Shown here piece by piece: positions 29,103-37,173 of a stretch of 64,000 nucleotides of DNA. The stretch spans positions 4,972 to 68,971 of the forward strand of contig CAVQQX010000085.1 of assembly GCA_963714645.1 (NCBI GenBank). Direction: 5' to 3'. Source of the DNA: an uncultured Gammaproteobacteria bacterium (lineage in GTDB: Bacteria; Pseudomonadota; Gammaproteobacteria; Steroidobacterales; Steroidobacteraceae). The position numbers and the translations under genes were made by a program. The notes under the pieces were generated by a model that worked only from the letters and a program-made list of their open reading frames with translations, made no database searches and was not told the origin of the DNA. How positions within the stretch are numbered: the stretch's first letter is position 1; each line of letters opens with the position of its first letter.

Positions 29103-29108
29103 CCGAAA

Positions 29109-30635
29109 GTGTCGCGCCCAGGTCCACCACCCGGCGAGATCGAGCGCCGCGCGCTCGCGGGCCTGCTCGGGTTGCTGCTGCTGGTCGCGTTCGCGTTCCA
29201 GGGCACTCGCGGCATCTGGGAACCCGACGAAGGCCGCTACAGTGCCGCCGGCATCAACATGCTCGAGAGCGGCGACTGGCTGGTGCCCAGCGTCGACGGC
29301 GAGCATCCGCACCTGAGCAAGCCGCCTGTCACCTACTGGGCGCTCGCCGCGAGCTTCGCGCTGCTCGGCCTCGACGAATGGGCCGCGCGCCTGCCGAGCG
29401 CACTCGCCTTCGTCGGCACGGGCCTGCTGCTACTCGGTCTCGGGCGGCGGCTCTGTGCGCCCCGCCCGTGGTTGCCGGCGGCGGTCTGGGCAACCTCGTT
29501 CGCGCCCGTGGTCGCCTCGAACGTCGTGTCGACCGATCCGATCCTGGTGCTGTGGGAAACGGCGGCGATGTTTGCGTTCGTCGAGGGCTGGTCGCGACAC
29601 GGCAATGACGGCCGGCGCTGGTACGTCCTGATGTGGCTGGGCTGGGGCGGCGCCTTCCTGACCAAGGGGCCGCCGGGCGTGCTGCCGCTGCTCGCCATGC
29701 TGGCATTTCTCGCAGTGCACGACCGCCCGCGACTCAGGTCCATGTGCGCACCGGACGGCATCGCCCTGTTCGTGGTGGTGGGATTCTCGTGGTTCGCGCT
29801 GTTGATCGTGCAGGACCCGGCCAGGTTGCGTTACTTCCTGGACTACGAGCTGTACGACCGCGTGTTCACCGGGGCGCACGATCGCCACGCGCAATGGTAC
29901 GGCGGGCTCGAGGTCTACCTGCCGGTCCTGCTGGCTGGAACGCTGCCGTGGTTTCCGCTTGCGCTGCTGGCGGCGGGCGGCCCGGCCCGGGCGTGGCAGC
30001 TCGCGCGTGCGCGGCTGCAGGAACGGTCGCGAGACTGGCTGCTGCTCGCTTACTGGCTGCTGGTGCCGCTCGCAGTCTTTTTCGTCGCCCGCTCGCGGCT
30101 GCACCTGTACGTGCTGCCGCTGTTCGTGCCGCTGTCGCTCGCCATGGCGCGGCCGCTCGCCGGGTGGCGCAGGTTGGCGGGGCGGCGGCTCGCAGCGCTC
30201 GTCGTCGTCGCGGCACTCGCCATGGTCGCGTTCAAGGGCACCCTCGCCTACTGGCCGTCCGATCGCGATGCGCGGGAGCTCGCCGCCCAGCTGCGGCGAT
30301 TCGTCGATCCGCGCGAGGTCGACGAGATCGTCTTCGTCGGCATGCGGCCGTTCTACGGGCTCACGCTCTACCTCGACCGACACATCGCAGAGCTTCAGGT
30401 CGGCAAGCGGCGCCACGAGAACTCGAAGCTGGTCCAGCCGGTCGGCTTCTGCGGCGAAATTGCGGACCACCCGCGCGCCGTGTACGGGATCAAGCGGCAT
30501 CACGCGACCGAACTGGCCGACGCCACGCGACCGTGCGGCGTGGTCCCCCGGCCGCTCGGCACCGTCCGGGCCGACGGCAACGACATCCTGTTCTTCGAAC
30601 TGGCCGCGCGCGCGGACCAGCCCGATTCCGGCTAG
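29109..30635 (+). CDS. glycosyltransferase family 39 (ArnT/PMT-like) membrane protein
   Basis: GTG start lies 6 nt after aceK. WEPDEGRYSAAGINMLESGDWLVP...LSKPPVTYW is typical of ArnT-like enzymes. Multiple transmembrane segments. Confidence 0.8.
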   Translation: MSRPGPPPGEIERRALAGLLGLLLLVAFAFQGTRGIWEPDEGRYSAAGINMLESGDWLVPSVDGEHPHLSKPPVTYWALAASFALLGLDEWAARLPSALAFVGTGLLLLGLGRRLCAPRPWLPAAVWATSFAPVVASNVVSTDPILVLWETAAMFAFVEGWSRHGNDGRRWYVLMWLGWGGAFLTKGPPGVLPLLAMLAFLAVHDRPRLRSMCAPDGIALFVVVGFSWFALLIVQDPARLRYFLDYELYDRVFTGAHDRHAQWYGGLEVYLPVLLAGTLPWFPLALLAAGGPARAWQLARARLQERSRDWLLLAYWLLVPLAVFFVARSRLHLYVLPLFVPLSLAMARPLAGWRRLAGRRLAALVVVAALAMVAFKGTLAYWPSDRDARELAAQLRRFVDPREVDEIVFVGMRPFYGLTLYLDRHIAELQVGKRRHENSKLVQPVGFCGEIADHPRAVYGIKRHHATELADATRPCGVVPRPLGTVRADGNDILFFELAARADQPDSG

Positions 30636-30696
30636 GATGATGACCGCGGGCGACTCGGACGCCCCCGCTGCGCGCGCCTGTCGCAAGAGGTGACGG

Positions 30697-31689
30697 ATGG
30701 GATCGATCTCGCGGCTCGCCCGGACCTTCGTCGTCCTGTCGCTGCTGGCCGTGGCCGGGCCCGCTTCTGCGCAGGATGCCAACATCCTGCAACCGGTCGC
30801 GGACCTCGAGCGCCTGCTGCAATCGGAGCCGCTCGTCATCGAGCGCGCGGAGATCAGCCGCCCGAAGGCCAAGGGCGACATCACGCTCAAGGCGGACGTC
30901 CGCCTGGGCGGCGCCCCGCCGCTGCGCGTGAAGCTGCGCAAGTCCGAACCCGGCGCCGAAGCGTTCAACAACGTGCCGCGCTACGACCTCGCTGCGTACG
31001 AGCTGCAGAAGCTCTTCGTCGACCCGCCCGAATACGTGGTGCCGCCCACTGCCCTGCGCATGGTCGCGCTCGCCGACTTCGCGAAGTACTCGCCGGACGT
31101 GAAGCGCACGTTCCCGCCGGCCGAGCAGGTGCTCGCCGTGGTGCAGTACTGGCTGAGCGACATCATGGTGCTCGCCGACGTCTACGACGAGTCGCGCTTC
31201 AACTCAGACCCGGTTTATGCGCGTCACATCGGGCACCTCAACATCCTCACGCATCTGATCCAGCATCGCGACTCGAATGCCGGCAATTTCCTGATGGGTC
31301 GCGCCGAGAAGGGCGCCCGCGTGTTCTCGATCGACCATGGCGTCGCGTTCGCGTCGCAGGACAGCGACCGCGGCGAGCTCTGGAAGGACATGCGGGTGAC
31401 GCGGTTGCCGGCCGCCGCGATTGCCCGTCTGCGCCAGGTCACGCCCGAAGTGCTCGAGGCAAAGCTCGCCGTGCTGGCCCAGTGGCGACTCCAGGACGGG
31501 ACCTGGCGACCCGAGGCGCCAGGCAAGAACCTGTCGCCGCGGCGCGGCGTGCGTCGCGCGGGCGACCGGCTCCAGATGGGTCTCACCAGCATCGAGCTGC
31601 AGGCGGTGGAGCGCCTGCGGAGGAAGCTGCTCGAGCGCATCGACCAGGGCGAAATCAAGGCTGACGGCGGCAACGCCCCGGCCTCTTGA
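30697..31689 (+). CDS. exported protein with atypical kinase-like catalytic motifs
   Basis: Signal peptide FVVLSLLAVAGPASA. HRDSNAGN (31264-31287) has the D-x4-N spacing of kinase catalytic loops. It is followed by SIDHGVAF (a DFG-like position). RBS AAGAGG lies upstream. Confidence 0.65.
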   Translation: MGSISRLARTFVVLSLLAVAGPASAQDANILQPVADLERLLQSEPLVIERAEISRPKAKGDITLKADVRLGGAPPLRVKLRKSEPGAEAFNNVPRYDLAAYELQKLFVDPPEYVVPPTALRMVALADFAKYSPDVKRTFPPAEQVLAVVQYWLSDIMVLADVYDESRFNSDPVYARHIGHLNILTHLIQHRDSNAGNFLMGRAEKGARVFSIDHGVAFASQDSDRGELWKDMRVTRLPAAAIARLRQVTPEVLEAKLAVLAQWRLQDGTWRPEAPGKNLSPRRGVRRAGDRLQMGLTSIELQAVERLRRKLLERIDQGEIKADGGNAPAS

Positions 31690-31702
31690 GCAGCGAAGCA
31701 TC

Positions 31703-33583
31703 ATGCAAGCGAGGCTGCGTGAGGGGGTGGTCGCATTGCGCGTTGCCGCGGCGATCACGCTGGCGTTCGCGTTCGGTTGCGTCACGCCCGCGACGTCGAG
31801 CGCACAGTCCGCGGCCGCGCAGGTCGAGTGGCGCAACGTGCCGCGGGTCGTCGCGTTCGCCGACGTCCACGGCGATTTCGACGAATTGCAGCGCCTGCTG
31901 CGCGAAGCGGGGGTCGTCGACGGCAAGGATGCCTGGGCCGCGGGCCGTACCCACGTCGTGAGCCTCGGCGACCTGCTCGACCGCGGTGCGGGTTCGCGCA
32001 AGGTCATGGACCTGCTGATGCGCCTGCAGGACGAAGCGGGCGCGGCGGGCGGTGGATTGCACGTCGTTCTCGGCAACCACGAGGCGATGAACCTGCTGGG
32101 CGACCTGCGCTACGTCGATCCCGGCGAGTACGCGTCGTACGCCGACCTGGAGCCCGCAGGCCTGCGCGAGAAATCGCGCGCGGCCTGGGAGCAGTCGCAC
32201 GGCGCGGGCTCGGGCGCAACCTTCGAGCAGAAGTTCCCGCCGGGCTGGTTCGGCCACCGTGACGCGCTTGGCCCCTCGCGCAGGTACGGCCGCTGGTTGC
32301 TGGGCCTGCCCGTGGCGGTCGTCGTCAACGACACTCTGTTCATGCATGCGGGGCCGTCCGGGGTTCTCCAGGGCATGAGCCTCACCGACCTCAACACACG
32401 CTACCGCACGGCGCTGGTCGACTACCTGCAGTCGTACGCGAAGCTCGAGCAGGCCGCGTTGCTGCAGGCGGGCGACGATTTCAATGCGAGGCCGAAGCTC
32501 GCGGCGCAGCGGCTCGCGGCCAAGGCCACCGAGACGGGCGCCCCACCGCCGCCGGACCTCGACGCGGCCGTCAAGCGCTTCATGCAGGCGGACAACCACC
32601 CGCTGCTGAATCCCGACGGCCCGAACTGGTATCGCGGCGCCGCCCTCTGCAACGAGGTCGTCGAGACGGACGTTCTCACGCCGCTGCTCAAGCAGTTCGG
32701 CGTCGCGCGACTCGTCGTGGGGCACACGCCGACCCGCAACCTGCGGGCAGTCACGCGTTTCGCCGGCCGCGTCGTCAAGCTCGACACCGGCATGAACCGC
32801 TCGGCTTACAAGGGACGCGGCGCGGCGTTGACGATCGAGGGTTCGAAGCTCGGGGTACGTTACGTGGGCGAGCCCGCACCGGCGGAACCCGAGCCGGAGG
32901 GGCTGTTCGTGGCTCCGGACTCGGTGGCCGACGCGATCGTCGTCGCGGCGCTCGAGCGCGGCAACGTGACGGTCGCGGGGTCTCGTCCGACCGGCGAGAT
33001 CACCGTGACGGTCGAGCACGAAGGCCGGAAGGTTCCCGCCGTGTTCCTCGAGCGCAACGACGCCGGTACCCGCAAGGAGCTCGCAGCCTACCGCCTCGAC
33101 CGGCTCCTCGGGCTCGGCATCGTGCCGGCCTCGGTGGCGCGGGAGGTCCAGGGCAAGTCGGGCGTGCTGCAGGCCAGACCTGCCAACTGGGTCACGCAGG
33201 GGGACGTCCAGCGCCAGTCCCTCCGGGACGATGGCTGGTGCCCGCTCGAGCCGCAGTTCCAGCTCGTGTACGCGTTCGACACACTCGTGGGGAACGAAGG
33301 ACGCACGCCCGAGACGCTGCTGTTCGACTCCGACGGGTGGTACGTTTACGTGACCGGCCACCAGCGCGCCTTCGGCAACGGCCGTGCGTTGCCCGCCTAC
33401 CTCAAGGCCCAGCCGCCACGTCCGGGCGCGGAGTTGCGCCGACGAGCCGCGGCGCTCGACGACGAAGCGCTGGCCTCCGCGCTGGGCGATTCACTCGACA
33501 CCCGGGGCCGCAAGGCCATCCTCGAGCGTCGCGACACCCTCCTCGCACTGCCCGAAACGCCCGCGGCGACCGCCGGACGCTGA
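31703..33583 (+). CDS. exported PPP-family metallophosphoesterase fused to a degenerate copy of the neighbouring kinase-like domain
   Basis: ATG 31703 lies inside ORF 31421..33583. Signal or lipoprotein-like leader (AITLAFAFGC). PPP signature motifs are FADVHGD, LGDLLDRG and LGNHE. The C-terminal approximately 200 aa align by eye with 30697..31689 (ELAAYRLDRLLGLGIVP versus DLAAYELQKLFVDPPEYVVP). The catalytic loop reads GNEGRTPET. Confidence 0.78.
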   Translation: MQARLREGVVALRVAAAITLAFAFGCVTPATSSAQSAAAQVEWRNVPRVVAFADVHGDFDELQRLLREAGVVDGKDAWAAGRTHVVSLGDLLDRGAGSRKVMDLLMRLQDEAGAAGGGLHVVLGNHEAMNLLGDLRYVDPGEYASYADLEPAGLREKSRAAWEQSHGAGSGATFEQKFPPGWFGHRDALGPSRRYGRWLLGLPVAVVVNDTLFMHAGPSGVLQGMSLTDLNTRYRTALVDYLQSYAKLEQAALLQAGDDFNARPKLAAQRLAAKATETGAPPPPDLDAAVKRFMQADNHPLLNPDGPNWYRGAALCNEVVETDVLTPLLKQFGVARLVVGHTPTRNLRAVTRFAGRVVKLDTGMNRSAYKGRGAALTIEGSKLGVRYVGEPAPAEPEPEGLFVAPDSVADAIVVAALERGNVTVAGSRPTGEITVTVEHEGRKVPAVFLERNDAGTRKELAAYRLDRLLGLGIVPASVAREVQGKSGVLQARPANWVTQGDVQRQSLRDDGWCPLEPQFQLVYAFDTLVGNEGRTPETLLFDSDGWYVYVTGHQRAFGNGRALPAYLKAQPPRPGAELRRRAAALDDEALASALGDSLDTRGRKAILERRDTLLALPETPAATAGR

Positions 33584-33759
33584 AGCGCGCACGGGCACGC
33601 TGCCGCGCGGTCGTGGTGCGTGCGTCTGTCCAGCGTCGACCGGACCGGGCTGTAGGAATTGCGGACACGTCGCGCAGCACCGACGCTCGAGCGGGCAACC
33701 AACGCTGTCCATCGAGGTACTTAGGTTCGTGGACCCCAAAAACGGGAGGACCCGGACCG

Positions 33760-34080
33760 ATGCCGAAAACATGCCCCAAATGCAGGATGGAATCTCGCGT
33801 CGACGCCTCGTGGTGCTGGCATTGCGGGTACTCTTTCGAAGACCCCGAGGTCGGCGGCGACCGCAAGGGCGGAACCTCCGCGGACGATCCGGCCAGCGAC
33901 GACGCGGACGAGGATGAAAAACACGGCCTGCTAGAATGGCGCCGATGCGCCCGCCGATCGAGAGCAAGCTGCCCGCCGTCGGCACCACGATTTTCACGGT
34001 CATGTCGCGGCTCGCCGCCGAGCACGGGGCCATCAATCTCTCGCAGGGCTTCCCCGATTTCGATCCGCCCGCGCGCCTGA
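33760..34080 (+). CDS. possible small zinc-ribbon protein (uncertain)
   Basis: ATG 33760 lies 9 nt after GGGAGGA. The N-terminus is MPKTCPKCRMESRVDASWCWHCGY (CxxC...CxxC), followed by an acidic tail. The last approximately 48 codons overlap the aminotransferase in another frame and look like junk. Confidence 0.35.
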   Translation: MPKTCPKCRMESRVDASWCWHCGYSFEDPEVGGDRKGGTSADDPASDDADEDEKHGLLEWRRCARRSRASCPPSAPRFSRSCRGSPPSTGPSISRRASPISIRPRA

Positions 34081-35114
34081 TCGACCTGGTCGAGCAGGCG
34101 ATGCGACGGGGCGGCAGCCCCACCGCCAGCAACCAGTACGCGCCGATGAGCGGCCTGCCGCCGCTGCGCGAGGCGATCGCGGCCAAGGTCCGCGACCTCT
34201 ACGGGTGCGAAGTCGATCCGGACGCGGCGATCACCGTCACGTCGGGCGGAACCGAGGCGCTGTTCTGCGCCATCCAGGCAACGGTCCATGCGGGCGACGA
34301 GACGATACTGCTCGATCCCGCCTACGATTCGTACGAGCCCTCGGTGCTGCTCGCGGGCGGATGCGCCGTGCGCGTGCCGCTGCTGCGACCGACCTTCCGC
34401 GTCGACTGGCAGCGCGTGCACGAGGCGATCACGCCGCGGACGCGACTGCTGGTGCTCAACTTTCCGCACAATCCGACCGGCGCCGTGCTGGTGCGCGAGG
34501 ACCTCGATGCGCTGGCCGGGATCCTGCGCGGCACGCGCGTGCTCGTGGCCGCCGACGAGGTCTACGAGCACATGGTGTACGACGGCGTGCGGCACGCGAG
34601 CCTGCTCACCCATGCGGAACTCGCCGAACGGAGTTTCGTCGTGTCCTCGTTCGGCAAGACCTACCACGCGACGGGGTGGAAGGTGGGCTACTGCGTTGCC
34701 CCTGCGCCCCTGACGTCCGAGTTCCGCAAGGTCCACCAGTTCGTGCAGTTCTCGGTCGCCACACCGCTGCAGGCCGCGCTCGCGCAGTTCATGCAGGAAT
34801 GTCCCCGGCACGCCCGCGACCTGCCGCGGTTCTACCAGGACAAGCGCGACCGCTTCGCACGCCTGCTCGAGGGCACGGCGTTCCGCTTCCATCCGGCCGC
34901 GAGCACGTATTTCCAGCTGGTCGACTATTCCGGCCTGAGCGAGCTGCCGGACACGGAGTTTGCGCGGCGGCTCACAATCGAGCACGGGGTGGCCGCGATC
35001 CCGATCTCGGTCTTCTCCGAGCGACCCCCGGCGGACGAGCGCATCGTCCGGTTCTGCTTCGCCAAGCATGCGGCGACGCTGGACGCCGCCGCCGAAAAAC
35101 TGAGGATGCTATGA
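33936..35114 (+). CDS. PLP-dependent aminotransferase, methionine aminotransferase (YbdL)-like
   Basis: The N-terminus SKLPAVGTTIFTVMSRLAAEHGAINLSQGFPDFDPP matches the YbdL type. SSFGKTY marks the PLP lysine region. Confidence 0.87.
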   Translation: MAPMRPPIESKLPAVGTTIFTVMSRLAAEHGAINLSQGFPDFDPPARLIDLVEQAMRRGGSPTASNQYAPMSGLPPLREAIAAKVRDLYGCEVDPDAAITVTSGGTEALFCAIQATVHAGDETILLDPAYDSYEPSVLLAGGCAVRVPLLRPTFRVDWQRVHEAITPRTRLLVLNFPHNPTGAVLVREDLDALAGILRGTRVLVAADEVYEHMVYDGVRHASLLTHAELAERSFVVSSFGKTYHATGWKVGYCVAPAPLTSEFRKVHQFVQFSVATPLQAALAQFMQECPRHARDLPRFYQDKRDRFARLLEGTAFRFHPAASTYFQLVDYSGLSELPDTEFARRLTIEHGVAAIPISVFSERPPADERIVRFCFAKHAATLDAAAEKLRML

Positions 35115-35911
35115 GTGCAATGCTGCGCGTGTCGATGATCCAGGCCGAACTCGCCTGGCAGGATCCGGCCGCGAATCGTACCGCCCTGGCGCGGCACTTC
35201 CGCGGCCTGCAGGGTCATACCGACCTGATCGTCCTGCCGGAGATGTTCTCGACCGGGTTCACGATGGAAGCGTCTGCGCTGGCCGAGACGATGGACGGGC
35301 CCACCGTCGACTGGATGCGGGAGGAATCCGCCGCGGTCGGTTGCGCGATCACCGGCAGCCTGATCGTGCGCGACGGCGCGGGGGCCGATGCGCGCCACTA
35401 CAACCGCCTGCTGTTCGCCAAGCCCGACGGGACGCTCGCGCACTACGACAAGCGTCACCTGTTCCGCATGGCGCGCGAGCAGGAGCATTACGCCGCGGGC
35501 CGCGAGCGGCTCGTCGTGCAGTTCAAGGGCTGGCGCATCTGCCCCATGGTCTGCTACGACCTGCGCTTCCCCGTCTGGAGCCGCAACCGCGGCGACTACG
35601 ACGTGCTGATCTACGTGGCGAACTGGCCGGCACGCCGCCGGAGCGCGTGGTCCGTGCTGCTCAGGGCGCGCGCGATCGAGAACCTCTGCTACGTCGTCGG
35701 AGTGAACCGCGTCGGCCGCGACGGCAACGGCGCGAGCTACGCGGGCGACAGCGCGGCCCTGGACTTCCTCGGCCAGTCGCTCGGCGGCGACCACGGCGGC
35801 GCATTCGTCGAGACCGTCACGCTCGATCGCGAGGCGCTCGAGCGCTGGCGACAAAAATTCCCGGCCCACCTCGACGCGGACAAGTTCGAGCTGGGGCCGG
35901 GCGCGGCCTGA
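35111..35911 (+). CDS. nitrilase-superfamily omega-amidase (YafV-like)
   Basis: ATGA overlap with the aminotransferase. LPEMFSTGF, HYDKRHLF and CYDLRFPVW supply the Glu-Lys-Cys triad context. Confidence 0.85.
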   Translation: MSAMLRVSMIQAELAWQDPAANRTALARHFRGLQGHTDLIVLPEMFSTGFTMEASALAETMDGPTVDWMREESAAVGCAITGSLIVRDGAGADARHYNRLLFAKPDGTLAHYDKRHLFRMAREQEHYAAGRERLVVQFKGWRICPMVCYDLRFPVWSRNRGDYDVLIYVANWPARRRSAWSVLLRARAIENLCYVVGVNRVGRDGNGASYAGDSAALDFLGQSLGGDHGGAFVETVTLDREALERWRQKFPAHLDADKFELGPGAA

Positions 35912-35927
35912 GCGGAACGCGGCCGCG

Positions 35928-37100
35928 ATGAAGAAACGCACGCGCGTCACCCATCCGCCCGAGGCGCCGGTGCCGCCGGGCAACCGGCCTCTGGTCGCAC
36001 CCATCTACCAGTCGGTCAAGTTCACCTTCGACGACGTCGCGAAGTCGCTCGAGCATTTCCGCGGCCAGCGCGAGGGCTTCTACTATTCCCGCATCTCGAA
36101 CCCGACGCTGCGACAGCTCGAGCAGCTGCTCGCCGAACTGCAGGGACGCGATGCCTGCCTGCTGACGGGGTCCGGCATCGCTTCGATCTCCATGCCGATG
36201 CTCGCGCTGCTCGCAGCCGGCGATCACGTCGTGCACTTCGCCGAGCAGTATCACCCGACCCGAGTACTCGTCACGCGCGTGCTGCGGCGTTTCGGTGTCG
36301 CGAGCACGATGCTCTCGATCGACGACCTCGACGGACTCGAACGCGTGCTCGGGGAAACGCCCACCCGCCTGGTGGTGTTCGAGTCCCCGACCAACCCCGT
36401 GCTCAAGGTGGTGGACCTCGAGCGACTGACCGCGCTCGCCCGGCGTCACGGCGCGCTCACGCTGCTCGACAACACGTTCGCCGGGTTCCACAACCACGGG
36501 CAGTACGACGTCGACCTGTTCGCGCACAGCCTGACCAAGTTCGCCTCGGGCCACGGCGACGTCATGGGCGGTGCAGTGATCGGCCGGGCAGACCTGATCG
36601 ATTCCATGCGCGACGACGTCAACATCCTCGGCCCGACGCTCGACCCGCACGCCGCCTACCTCGTGCTGCGCGGCATGAAGACGTATTACCTGCGCTGGGA
36701 CGCGCAATGCCGCGGCGCGCAGGCGGTGGCGGAATACCTCTCTTCGCACCCGGCGGTGGAGCGCGTGTTCTACCCCGGCCTGCCGGGCGACGCGGGCCAC
36801 GCGCTGGCACGACGGCAGATGCACGACTTCGGCTCGATCGTCGCGTTCGACCTCCGTGGCGGGCTCGAGGCGGGTACCCGCTTCGCGCAAGCCCTGCGGC
36901 TGTTCGCGATCGCGGCGAGCCTGGGTTCGACGGAGTCGCTGGTCGTGCCGCCGGCCATGCAGCAGCCACGCGGGCTCACGGCCGAGCAGCGGCGCTGGAC
37001 CGGAATCGGCCAAGGCACGGTGCGGCTGTCGATCGGCGTGGAAGACCCCGACGACCTGGTCGGCGACCTGCGCCAGGCGCTCGCGTCCGCTTCGGCCTGA
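35928..37100 (+). CDS. Cys/Met-metabolism PLP-dependent enzyme (cystathionine gamma-synthase/beta-lyase family)
   Basis: YSRISNPT, ESPTNP and HSLTKFASGH (PLP lysine). Confidence 0.85.
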   Translation: MKKRTRVTHPPEAPVPPGNRPLVAPIYQSVKFTFDDVAKSLEHFRGQREGFYYSRISNPTLRQLEQLLAELQGRDACLLTGSGIASISMPMLALLAAGDHVVHFAEQYHPTRVLVTRVLRRFGVASTMLSIDDLDGLERVLGETPTRLVVFESPTNPVLKVVDLERLTALARRHGALTLLDNTFAGFHNHGQYDVDLFAHSLTKFASGHGDVMGGAVIGRADLIDSMRDDVNILGPTLDPHAAYLVLRGMKTYYLRWDAQCRGAQAVAEYLSSHPAVERVFYPGLPGDAGHALARRQMHDFGSIVAFDLRGGLEAGTRFAQALRLFAIAASLGSTESLVVPPAMQQPRGLTAEQRRWTGIGQGTVRLSIGVEDPDDLVGDLRQALASASA

Positions 37101-37173
37101 CTGCGAGGCCGCACGCCGGGGGCCGGCGCCGTCGCTCTGCTATGCTGCGCGAAAAGGGAGACGGGCCGAACTC

